Assembly (NCBI GenBank): GCA_963920595.1
Contig: OY986950.1
Span: forward strand, 124,001 to 188,000
Reading direction: 5' to 3'
DNA length: 64,000 bases
Source of the DNA: Eimeria praecox
Lineage: Eukaryota
Shown piece by piece: positions 40,201-52,990 of the stretch. The translations under genes and the position numbers were made by a program. Each line of letters starts with the position of its first letter. The first letter of the stretch is position 1. The notes beneath the pieces were generated by a model that worked only from the letters and a program-made list of their open reading frames with translations, was not told the DNA's origin and searched no databases.

Positions 40201-43200
40201 AGTGCAAAACGACTACTGCGCGAACGCCTGATCGGCAAATGAAGGGAACGTCACACCCGAACAACTCCTTGGTCCTTGAGCACGATGCTGCTGAACCGCT
40301 ATCGGTACCCCCGAATGCACGTATTCGGGAGCACCCACCAGCAAACCGTAATCACATGCTCCAAACAGGCGCAGCTCAACTATCATGGTGCATCATTTTC
40401 ACACCGCCTACCTGTGTTCCAGCGTCTTACAAGAGCCCGACCTCTGCTTGCCACTCCACGAAACTTCTTTGCCTCCACAGTAGAATGTTCGTCCGGTAGC
40501 CGCATGCGCTCCCTTCGCAGAAACAAGCAGTGAGACCAACCTTGCTCCACCCTGCTAGGTTGCGCACCACTCTGTTGGTGTGGCGAGGGTTCCAGCCTAC
40601 ACTTGCTTGTCTCAGTGGTTTCCCTAACCATAAACACGGGCCGGGACCCACTGAATTAAACCCACACAACCCGAGACTCATAAACGTTCCCTTCGAGCCA
40701 TAGATTTGATTCAAATTCCTTCAAGAGCGAGAGCCTGCCGCCGCTGCCGGTGCTCAGCTTATTCCATGCTGCTAATCTCCACGCACTTCCTGATGTCGTG
40801 TGCAATCAACCAAATGCCACTCAGCCGCCAGTGCATGTAACGAGTTCAACGCATCTGCAAGTCTCCAACTGAACTTCTACTGCAGTTGCTCGTCCTCTAC
40901 CCACAGAAAAGCACACAGTGAACCGAATCGATCCACGGATGTGTGCGCAAAAGCCTAAATACGTGGGATGCAGTCGTCTTGGTACAAGCACCCTCGAAAG
41001 CCTTTAGCTGTCTGGCTGAAAACGCCTCCACAAAGGCGTAATTTAAGCGCAATCTAAGCAGGCATAGACCAGACCATTAGCCTTAGCCCTAGCGCATCGA
41101 GCAGGCGCCATTAATGATCAAGCGCATGCCACCGTATCCTCTCATCTATCGCAGCTGCGATTTCCCAGTCAACGCAGACGAAAGCTCAAAACTCGTCGAC
41201 TGAAAATGCAGGCGCTACCCAACGTGTACGCGAATGCGCCTGCAGCACGGCGCCAGTCTCAACAAGGGAACAGCAGTCATAATGCGGACCTACTCATTTG
41301 TAGGCGTATTGCAAACCAACAAGGTACCTATACATGTCAGCTGATATGCGCTAGCAAATGCCAGTTCCTCAGGAGATGGCACTTAGCAGCCTTTGGCCAA
41401 AGGCAAATGGCACCAACACAATCTCGCCACCATTAGTACATTGGGTGCAGCAGAAGCGATTAGCCTGTCGTTACCTTAACTGGCTTCTGCTCGGCTATGA
41501 GGAGTGAAGCATCTGGCGTTGCTATGTGGGTTGCATTTCTCCTTCTCCATGCACAGCAAATTAGCAGCATTAAGCTTTTATCTACTGCCTTTTCACGAGG
41601 AAGGTCCGCCAATTTTACAGCTTACCGCCTGCGCGCGTCCGGCATTGAATGTTCGGCATATAAGCAGACATCCTAACACAGCGTAGACGCAAGGCTGCAA
41701 CTTAGGTCATATGCACCTGAAACCCCTAGCTATGGAATACGTGTCGCATTTGCAGTGCGTCCGCAAGTACTGAGACCATTTATCCTAATGTCTACTCCAG
41801 CACCCGTTCATGCCCAGCAGCCCAACTGAAGCTGTCGGCTACCCATTCGGCAAATGAACGCCTGAATCTCACACCTTGATATTCCCTATCTAGTCTACGG
41901 CCTTCATCCTGGGCCATTAGCTGCGGAACATCTGGCATTGCTGCGCGAGCGTCGAAGATCCAGCTTTCACTCAAGATGTGGGCCGGAGACATACAAAACC
42001 CTATGCCATCAGGAAGCGATATCCTCTAGCCTTGTATCTTAAGTTACCTTCTGTATGGACGTGGGTGTGAGTTGCCATGCAGCACAAACCAGTATGTTGA
42101 ACGGCTTCTGGCCCACAGCCTTCCACACGGTCCCTGCTGAACTCTTCCTTTTGATGTGGCCCCATGTAGTGTAAAACCTGCTTGCAAAGTGACCAGGCAT
42201 GAATTCGTTGGATGCCGCCGGAAGCACGTAAAGCATGCCCGGCACAGCCTGTCCTCTGAGATTCGCGGGAAACGTCGTCATCGAAAGCCCTGCCAACTAA
42301 AGAGACGGCCTTCACGTGTCGCGCATCTTCCCTCACCGGACCAAGCTTTCGAGTTCGCAAGCAGGCTGCAGATCGAGCAGTTCCAGGCAGCGCTGACTCT
42401 TCTCTCCACCACGAGCTCGCGAACTACGTTACACAATCTATCATTAGAAGATGCGTCCCAACATGATTTATGCCTGCACACTGCGTAGCAAGAGCCCACT
42501 GCCTGCATGTCGACAGCAGCTAAACCAGCACGACTGCCTGACGTAGAAAAGCGGTGCACGGAAGGACGCCCCAAACCAGTGCAAAACGACTACTGCGCGA
42601 ACGCCTGATCGGCAAATGAAGGGAACGTCACACCCGAACAACTCCTTGGTCCTTGAGCACGATGCTGCTGAACCGCTATCGGTACCCCCGAATGCACGTA
42701 TTCGGGAGCACCCACCAGCAAACCGTAATCACATGCTCCAAACAGGCGCAGCTCAACTATCATGGTGCATCATTTTCACACCGCCTACCTGTGTTCCAGC
42801 GTCTTACAAGAGCCCGACCTCTGCTTGCCACTCCACGAAACTTCTTTGCCTCCACAGTAGAATGTTCGTCCGGTAGCCGCATGCGCTCCCTTCGCAGAAA
42901 CAAGCAGTGAGACCAACCTTGCTCCACCCTGCTAGGTTGCGCACCACTCTGTTGGTGTGGCGAGGGTTCCAGCCTACACTTGCTTGTCTCAGTGGTTTCC
43001 CTAACCATAAACACGGGCCGGGACCCACTGAATTAAACCCACACAACCCGAGACTCATAAACGTTCCCTTCGAGCCATAGATTTGATTCAAATTCCTTCA
43101 AGAGCGAGAGCCTGCCGCCGCTGCCGGTGCTCAGCTTATTCCATGCTGCTAATCTCCACGCACTTCCTGATGTCGTGTGCAATCAACCAAATGCCACTCA

Positions 43201-46200
43201 GCCGCCAGTGCATGTAACGAGTTCAACGCATCTGCAAGTCTCCAACTGAACTTCTACTGCAGTTGCTCGTCCTCTACCCACAGAAAAGCACACAGTGAAC
43301 CGAATCGATCCACGGATGTGTGCGCAAAAGCCTAAATACGTGGGATGCAGTCGTCTTGGTACAAGCACCCTCGAAAGCCTTTAGCTGTCTGGCTGAAAAC
43401 GCCTCCACAAAGGCGTAATTTAAGCGCAATCTAAGCAGGCATAGACCAGACCATTAGCCTTAGCCCTAGCGCATCGAGCAGGCGCCATTAATGATCAAGC
43501 GCATGCCACCGTATCCTCTCATCTATCGCAGCTGCGATTTCCCAGTCAACGCAGACGAAAGCTCAAAACTCGTCGACTGAAAATGCAGGCGCTACCCAAC
43601 GTGTACGCGAATGCGCCTGCAGCACGGCGCCAGTCTCAACAAGGGAACAGCAGTCATAATGCGGACCTACTCATTTGTAGGCGTATTGCAAACCAACAAG
43701 GTACCTATACATGTCAGCTGATATGCGCTAGCAAATGCCAGTTCCTCAGGAGATGGCACTTAGCAGCCTTTGGCCAAAGGCAAATGGCACCAACACAATC
43801 TCGCCACCATTAGTACATTGGGTGCAGCAGAAGCGATTAGCCTGTCGTTACCTTAACTGGCTTCTGCTCGGCTATGAGGAGTGAAGCATCTGGCGTTGCT
43901 ATGTGGGTTGCATTTCTCCTTCTCCATGCACAGCAAATTAGCAGCATTAAGCTTTTATCTACTGCCTTTTCACGAGGAAGGTCCGCCAATTTTACAGCTT
44001 ACCGCCTGCGCGCGTCCGGCATTGAATGTTCGGCATATAAGCAGACATCCTAACACAGCGTAGACGCAAGGCTGCAACTTAGGTCATATGCACCTGAAAC
44101 CCCTAGCTATGGAATACGTGTCGCATTTGCAGTGCGTCCGCAAGTACTGAGACCATTTATCCTAATGTCTACTCCAGCACCCGTTCATGCCCAGCAGCCC
44201 AACTGAAGCTGTCGGCTACCCATTCGGCAAATGAACGCCTGAATCTCACACCTTGATATTCCCTATCTAGTCTACGGCCTTCATCCTGGGCCATTAGCTG
44301 CGGAACATCTGGCATTGCTGCGCGAGCGTCGAAGATCCAGCTTTCACTCAAGATGTGGGCCGGAGACATACAAAACCCTATGCCATCAGGAAGCGATATC
44401 CTCTAGCCTTGTATCTTAAGTTACCTTCTGTATGGACGTGGGTGTGAGTTGCCATGCAGCACAAACCAGTATGTTGAACGGCTTCTGGCCCACAGCCTTC
44501 CACACGGTCCCTGCTGAACTCTTCCTTTTGATGTGGCCCCATGTAGTGTAAAACCTGCTTGCAAAGTGACCAGGCATGAATTCGTTGGATGCCGCCGGAA
44601 GCACGTAAAGCATGCCCGGCACAGCCTGTCCTCTGAGATTCGCGGGAAACGTCGTCATCGAAAGCCCTGCCAACTAAAGAGACGGCCTTCACGTGTCGCG
44701 CATCTTCCCTCACCGGACCAAGCTTTCGAGTTCGCAAGCAGGCTGCAGATCGAGCAGTTCCAGGCAGCGCTGACTCTTCTCTCCACCACGAGCTCGCGAA
44801 CTACGTTACACAATCTATCATTAGAAGATGCGTCCCAACATGATTTATGCCTGCACACTGCGTAGCAAGAGCCCACTGCCTGCATGTCGACAGCAGCTAA
44901 ACCAGCACGACTGCCTGACGTAGAAAAGCGGTGCACGGAAGGACGCCCCAAACCAGTGCAAAACGACTACTGCGCGAACGCCTGATCGGCAAATGAAGGG
45001 AACGTCACACCCGAACAACTCCTTGGTCCTTGAGCACGATGCTGCTGAACCGCTATCGGTACCCCCGAATGCACGTATTCGGGAGCACCCACCAGCAAAC
45101 CGTAATCACATGCTCCAAACAGGCGCAGCTCAACTATCATGGTGCATCATTTTCACACCGCCTACCTGTGTTCCAGCGTCTTACAAGAGCCCGACCTCTG
45201 CTTGCCACTCCACGAAACTTCTTTGCCTCCACAGTAGAATGTTCGTCCGGTAGCCGCATGCGCTCCCTTCGCAGAAACAAGCAGTGAGACCAACCTTGCT
45301 CCACCCTGCTAGGTTGCGCACCACTCTGTTGGTGTGGCGAGGGTTCCAGCCTACACTTGCTTGTCTCAGTGGTTTCCCTAACCATAAACACGGGCCGGGA
45401 CCCACTGAATTAAACCCACACAACCCGAGACTCATAAACGTTCCCTTCGAGCCATAGATTTGATTCAAATTCCTTCAAGAGCGAGAGCCTGCCGCCGCTG
45501 CCGGTGCTCAGCTTATTCCATGCTGCTAATCTCCACGCACTTCCTGATGTCGTGTGCAATCAACCAAATGCCACTCAGCCGCCAGTGCATGTAACGAGTT
45601 CAACGCATCTGCAAGTCTCCAACTGAACTTCTACTGCAGTTGCTCGTCCTCTACCCACAGAAAAGCACACAGTGAACCGAATCGATCCACGGATGTGTGC
45701 GCAAAAGCCTAAATACGTGGGATGCAGTCGTCTTGGTACAAGCACCCTCGAAAGCCTTTAGCTGTCTGGCTGAAAACGCCTCCACAAAGGCGTAATTTAA
45801 GCGCAATCTAAGCAGGCATAGACCAGACCATTAGCCTTAGCCCTAGCGCATCGACCAGGCGCCATTAATGATCAAGCGCATGCCACCGTATCCTCTCATC
45901 TATCGCAGCTGCGATTTCCCAGTCAACGCAGACGAAAGCTCAAAACTCGTCGACTGAAAATGCAGGCGCTACCCAACGTGTACGCGAATGCGCCTGCAGC
46001 ACGGCGCCAGTCTCAACAAGGGAACAGCAGTCATAATGCGGACCTACTCATTTGTAGGCGTATTGCAAACCAACAAGGTACCTATACATGTCAGCTGATA
46101 TGCGCTAGCAAATGCCAGTTCCTCAGGAGATGGCACTTAGCAGCCTTTGGCCAAAGGCAAATGGCACCAACACAATCTCGCCACCATTAGTACATTGGGT

Positions 46201-48460
46201 CCAGCAGAAGCGATTAGCCTGTCGTTACCTTAACTGGCTTCTGCTCGGCTATGAGGAGTGAAGCATCTGGCGTTGCTATGTGGGTTGCATTTCTCCTTCT
46301 CCATGCACAGCAAATTAGCAGCATTAAGCTTTTATCTACTGCCTTTTCACGAGGAAGGTCCGCCAATTTTACAGCTTACCGCCTGCGCGCGTCCGGCATT
46401 GAATGTTCGGCATATAAGCAGACATCCTAACACAGCGTAGACGCAAGGCTGCAACTTAGGTCATATGCACCTGAAACCCCTAGCTATGGAATACGTGTCG
46501 CATTTGCAGTGCGTCCGCAAGTACTGAGACCATTTATCCTAATGTCTACTCCAGCACCCGTTCATGCCCAGCAGCCCAACTGAAGCTGTCGGCTACCCAT
46601 TCGGCAAATGAACGCCTGAATCTCACACCTTGATATTCCCTATCTAGTCTACGGCCTTCATCCTGGGCCATTAGCTGCGGAACATCTGGCATTGCTGCGC
46701 GAGCGTCGAAGATCCAGCTTTCACTCAAGATGTGGGCCGGAGACATACAAAACCCTATGCCATCAGGAAGCGATATCCTCTAGCCTTGTATCTTAAGTTA
46801 CCTTCTGTATGGACGTGGGTGTGAGTTGCCATGCAGCACAAACCAGTATGTTGAACGGCTTCTGGCCCACAGCCTTCCACACGGTCCCTGCTGAACTCTT
46901 CCTTTTGATGTGGCCCCATGTAGTGTAAAACCTGCTTGCAAAGTGACCAGGCATGAATTCGTTGGATGCCGCCGGAAGCACGTAAAGCATGCCCGGCACA
47001 GCCTGTCCTCTGAGATTCGCGGGAAACGTCGTCATCGAAAGCCCTGCCAACTAAAGAGACGGCCTTCACGTGTCGCGCATCTTCCCTCACCGGACCAAGC
47101 TTTCGAGTTCGCAAGCAGGCTGCAGATCGAGCAGTTCCAGGCAGCGCTGACTCTTCTCTCCACCACGAGCTCGCGAACTACGTTACACAATCTATCATTA
47201 GAAGATGCGTCCCAACATGATTTATGCCTGCACACTGCGTAGCAAGAGCCCACTGCCTGCATGTCGACAGCAGCTAAACCAGCACGACTGCCTGACGTAG
47301 AAAAGCGGTGCACGGAAGGACGCCCCAAACCAGTGCAAAACGACTACTGCGCGAACGCCTGATCTGCAAATGAAGGGAACGTCACACCCGAACAACTCCT
47401 TGGTCCTTGAGCACGATGCTGCTGAACCGCTATCGGTACCCCCGAATGCACGTATTCGGGAGCACCCACCAGCAAACCGTAATCACATGCTCCAAACAGG
47501 CGCAGCTCAACTATCATGGTGCATCATTTTCACACCGCCTACCTGTGTTCCAGCGTCTTACAAGAGCCCGACCTCTGCTTGCCACTCCACGAAACTTCTT
47601 TGCCTCCACAGTAGAATGTTCGTCCGGTAGCCGCATGCGCTCCCTTCGCAGAAACAAGCAGTGAGACCAACCTTGCTCCACCCTGCTAGGTTGCGCACCA
47701 CTCTGTTGGTGTGGCGAGGGTTCCAGCCTACACTTGCTTGTCTCAGTGGTTTCCCTAACCATAAACACGGGCCGGGACCCACTGAATTAAACCCACACAA
47801 CCCGAGACTCATAAACGTTCCCTTCGAGCCATAGATTTGATTCAAATTCCTTCAAGAGCGAGAGCCTGCCGCCGCTGCCGGTGCTCAGCTTATTCCATGC
47901 TGCTAATCTCCACGCACTTCCTGATGTCGTGTGCAATCAACCAAATGCCACTCAGCCGCCAGTGCATGTAACGAGTTCAACGCATCTGCAAGTCTCCAAC
48001 TGAACTTCTACTGCAGTTGCTCGTCCTCTACCCACAGAAAAGCACACAGTGAACCGAATCGATCCACGGATGTGTGCGCAAAAGCCTAAATACGTGGGAT
48101 GCAGTCGTCTTGGTACAAGCACCCTCGAAAGCCTTTAGCTGTCTGGCTGAAAACGCCTCCACAAAGGCGTAATTTAAGCGCAATCTAAGCAGGCATAGAC
48201 CAGACCATTAGCCTTAGCCCTAGCGCATCGAGCAGGTGCCATTAATGATCAAGCGCATGCCACCGTATCCTCTCATCTATCGCAGCTGCGGTTTCCCAGT
48301 CAACGCAGACGAAAGCTCAAAACTCGTCGACTGAAAATGCGGGTGCTACCCAACGTGTACGCTAATGCGCCTGCAGCACGGCGCCAGTCTCAACAAGGGA
48401 ACAGCAGTCATAATGCGGACCTACTCATTTGTAGGCGTATTGCAAAACAACAAGGTACCC
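37210..48460. repeat. Tandem block D, period 2,377 bp, ~4.7 near-identical copies (RT-RH-INT only)
   Basis: ORFs recur at 37524/39901/42278/44655/47032 and 39127/41504/43881/46258, with an exact 2377 offset. A ~290 bp junction segment occurs at ~39240, 41617, 43994 and 46371. Confidence 0.97.
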
Positions 48461-48489
48461 TATACATGCCAGTTGATGTGCCTGCTGCT

Positions 48490-51400
48490 CGAAGTAGAAC
48501 CAATAGCAGCCTTTGGCCAAAGGCAAATGGCACTAACAGGCCGAAACCATAACTGGCACATGCGATTGGAACTCCACAGTGCTCTGCCCTCTGATACGCG
48601 CTTCCCAAAAGCCACGTCGAACAAACTCTCATGGACAATGAGCATGCCCGCACTTTCTGCAACAGAGGCGCGGAAACCTAAAGAACGTGATACGCACACC
48701 CTCTTGCTGCTGAATTGATGCAATCCTCTGCAGCTCGCGTCCATATAGTGCTTCCACAAAGCAGCCTGCAGGCCATGTCAGCAGAGCATGCCTCGCCATG
48801 CTCTGTGTACCAAGCATTTGCTTGCTGCTGCTCAAGACCTACAATTGCTATTCGTCGATTCGTAACACCGCAGCAGGGCAAACGATTACATGCCGCTCCA
48901 AACAGCGCATCCGCAGCAGCTTTACTGCCTCCACATTTCCATGCAGCTGCAGAAAGCGTGCTTTGGTCCAGCGGCCTCCCAACTGCACATCCCATGGCAA
49001 ACGCATTTAACGAAATCACCAGGTCTACCTTAGGAGACGCCTTGCTAGAGATCTGTCGCCCATGAGAGAATCTTCCCAAGCACTCCACTGCCACTGTGCA
49101 CTCGCTTTTATGCCTTCTTCTACAAAACATAGAAATCCAGCTTCCCTGCCACGTTGAGACGCGAAACAGCACCTATGCAAAAGGCAAATTCCTCTCCCGA
49201 CTCAAGCAAAAGTGTGCCATTCCCTTAGGACATCACAACCCGCAGGAATTCCTGTCCTTGCTACAGCTGTATGGCCCAACTCTGCAATAGATGGCATACC
49301 GTGTGCCCGATGCTGGTTGGCCCATCTAAGCTGCTTCTTAGTCGACCAAACAGGCTCGACAAAAGCACTCCATTAAATTCCCACATAAATGCGACTCACA
49401 AGCTGCTCGCAACGCCGCCTATTGCTGCTCTAGAATGCGCAATAGACGCCTGGCACCTGCTTTGAAGCCGTCTTCTACAAAACATAGAAATCCAGCTTCC
49501 CTGCCACGTCGAAACGCGAACCAGCACCTACGCAAAAGGCAAATTCCTCTCCCGACTCACGCAAAACTGTGCCGTTCCCTTAGGACTTCACAACCCGGAG
49601 GAATTCCTGTCCTTGCTACAGCTGTATGGCCCAACTCTGCAATAGATGGCATACCGTGTGCCCGATGCTGGTTGGCCCATCTAAGCCGCTACTCAGTCGA
49701 CCAAACAGGCTCGACAAAAGCACTCCATTAAATTCCCACATAAAGTGACCCACAGACTGCGAACAGCGCCGCCTTTTGTTGGTCTGCAGGACGTAATCGA
49801 CGCCATGAACACAGTGAACCGGGACTCCATCCCCATGAGCAGCAGGGTAGACCAAGTACAGGGAAGGCCACGTACTCCCCATCCAATAAACCCCTTCCCT
49901 ACCCCGGCGCACTAAGTTGTAAGTGCCGCCTCACGCGCATCACCAAGGGGGCGAAACACTAACACACAAAGGCAGTTTCCATAGGAAGCATCGCATTCCG
50001 TCACGAATCATCTATTCTCAGCGGAGTCAAAGCCAGGTTCAACACAAACCAAGCTTAACTAGTTGCATTCGCAAGACCCACTTCAGCCACCAGAGCCCAG
50101 AACGATAAGCCTCCTCCTTTCTGGTTCAACGCACAGCAAAAGGTGATTGCAAATACATGAAAAAGATACATCCGTCCCCACCGTGAAGTGTTCGCGTTCC
50201 AGTGTGCAACGGAAGGAAAGGAGACAGAATGCCCTGATTGGGTTCACCCGTAGCCTGCGATGTTGGCAGCATATCACAGGTGAGGGTCTCGCAAATGCAA
50301 AAGGTCGCAGCTTGCTCCGCAATCACTTACAAAGTGCTTGTCGTTCTACTGAGTCGTCCAGGCAGGGGGAGGCGCAGCTGCAGCGGTGTGCGGCCTTGGG
50401 TGTTTATTGCTGCACGCATGCATCCAATGCTGCTAGTATTTTATTTGCCCTAAATAGCTCGGGCGCTAACTGTGGCATGCATGCAAGCGTTTATGCACAT
50501 AGACACACTTTCTAACACAGCATAGTAGGAGTGCTCCAGTGAAGGCGACAAGTGTTGCCCATGCAGCGCTTCCACAAGTATCCACACCAAATGTGCCAAT
50601 ATCTACGTTGCAAGGCGCATATACTTGCCAGTGAACCTGAACCTATTTGCTGACCATCCGGTTCATGCTTCTTTGCTGTTCAATACGTCCTACACACACC
50701 TCAGGTATTCGGCTAACAGCCAAAGCAAAAGCTGCTTGAACACGGTGCTGATCTACGGCAATGTGCGCCGCTTCTTCTTCGTCTCCTAGCCTGTGGTTCC
50801 AACGCTGTACACCAGCCTCTAGTAGCATGCCCCCTCAAACGAATATCAACACGGAGAGGAATTATTGAATACCTTGTGCTTTTCTTTGCTCTTGCGTGCT
50901 GGGCCATTAGCTGCGGAACATCTGGCATTGCTGCGCGAGCGTCGAAGATCCAGCTTTCATTCAAGATGTGGGCCGGAGACATACAAAACCCTATGCCATC
51001 AGGATGCGATATCCTCTAGCCTTGTATCTTAAGTTACCTTCTGTATGGACGTGAGCGTGAGTTGCCACGCAGCACAAACCAGTATGTTGAACGGCTTCTG
51101 GCCCACAGCCTTCCACACGGTCCCTGCTGAACTCTTCCTTTTGATGTGGCCCCATGTAGTGTAAAACCTGCTTGCAAAGTGACCAGGCATGAATTCGTTG
51201 GATGCCGCCGGACGCACCTAAAGCATGCCCGGCACAGCCTGTCCTCTGAGATTCGCGGGAAACGTCGTCATCGAAAGCCCTGCCAACTAAAGAGACGGCC
51301 TTCACGTGTCGCGCATCTTCCCTCACCGGACCAAGCTTTCGAGTTCGCAAGCAGGCTGCAGATCGAGCAGTTCCAGGCAGCGCTGACTCTTCTCTCCACC

Positions 51401-52990
51401 ACGAGCTCGCGAACTACGTTACACAATCTATCATTAGAAGATGCGTCCCAACATGATTTATGCCTGCACACTGCGTAGCAAGAGCCCACTGCCTGCATGT
51501 CGACAGCAGCTAAACCAGCACGACTGCCTGACGTAGAAAAGCGGTGCACGGAAGGACGCCCCAAACCAGTGCAAAACGACTACTGCGCGAACGCCTGATC
51601 TGCAAATGAAGGGAACGTCACACCCGAACAACTCCTTGGTCCTTGAGCACGATGCTGCTGAACCGCTATCGGTACCCCCGAATGCACGTATTCGGGAGCA
51701 CCCACCAGCAAACCGTAATCACATGCTCCAAACAGGCGCAGCTCAACTATCATGGTGCATCATTTTCACACCGCCTACCTGTGTTCCAGCGTCTTACAAG
51801 AGCCCGACCTCTGCTTGCCACTCCACGAAACTTCTTTGCCTCCACAGTAGAATGTTCGTCCGGTAGCCGCATGCGCTCCCTTCCCAGAAACAAGCAGTGA
51901 GACCAACCTTGCTCCACCCTGCTAGGTTGCGCACCACCCCGTTGGTGTGGCGAGGGTCCAAGCCTACACTTGCTTGTCTCAGTGGTTTCTCTAACCATAA
52001 ATACGGGCCGGGACCCACTGAATTAAACCCACACAACCCGAGACTCATAAACGTTCCCTTCGAGCCATAGATTTGATTCAAATTCCTTCAAGAGCGAGAG
52101 CCTGCCGCCGCTGCCGGTGCTCAGCTTATTCCATGCTGCTAATCTCCACGCACTTCCTGATGTCGTGTGCAATCAACCAAATGCCACTCAGCCGCCAGTG
52201 CATGTAACGAGTTCAACGCATCTGCAAGTCTCCAACTGAACTTCTACTGCAGTTGCTCGTCCTCTACCCACAAAAAAGCACACAGTGAACCGAATCGATC
52301 CACGGATGTGTGCGCAAAGGCCTAAATACGTGGGATGGAGTCGTCTTGGTACAAGCACCCTCGAAAGCCTTTAGCTGTCTGGCTGAAAACGCCTCCACAA
52401 AGGCGTAATTTAAGCGCAATCTAAGCAGGCATAGACCAGACCATTAGCCTTAGCCCTAGCGCATCGAGCAGGCGCCATTAATGATCAAGCGCATGCCACC
52501 GTATCCTCTCATCTATCGCAGCTGCGATTTCCCAGTCAACGCAGACGAAAGCTCAAAACTCGTCGACTGAAAATGCAGGCGCTACCCAACGTGTACGCGA
52601 ATGCGCCTGCAGCACGGCGCCAGTCTCAACAAGGGAACAGCAGTCATAATGCGGACCTACTCATTTGTAGGCGTATTGCAAACCAACAAGGTACCTATAC
52701 ATGTCAGCTGATATGCGCTAGCAAATGCCAGTTCCTCAGGAGATGGCACTTAGCAGCCTTTGGCCAAAGGTAAATGGCACCAACACAATCTCGCCACCAT
52801 TAGTACATTGGGTCCAGCAGAAGCGATTAGCCTGTCGTTACCTTAACTGGCTTCTGCTCGGCTATGAGGAGTGAAGCATCTGGCGTTGCTATGTGGGTTG
52901 CATTTCTCCTTCTCCATGCACAGCAAATTAGCAGCATTAAGCTTTTACCTACTGCCTTTTCACGAGGAAGGTCCGCCAACTTTAGAGCTG
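48490..52990. repeat. Higher-order duplicate of ~34800-39245 (offset ~13.7 kb)
   Basis: ORF pairs 35027/48715, 35747/49435, 36396/50083 and 38829/52573. Both copies carry the 355 bp internal duplication. Identity to block D ends at gtccgccaa, ~52980. Confidence 0.92.

Noticed and set aside
19650..52990. Active or intact retrotransposon, retron or DGR-like RT system
   Set aside because: There is no long ORF, no intact YxDD or DDE motif seen, and no LTR, PBS or template/variable repeat pair. The stops are shared among copies.
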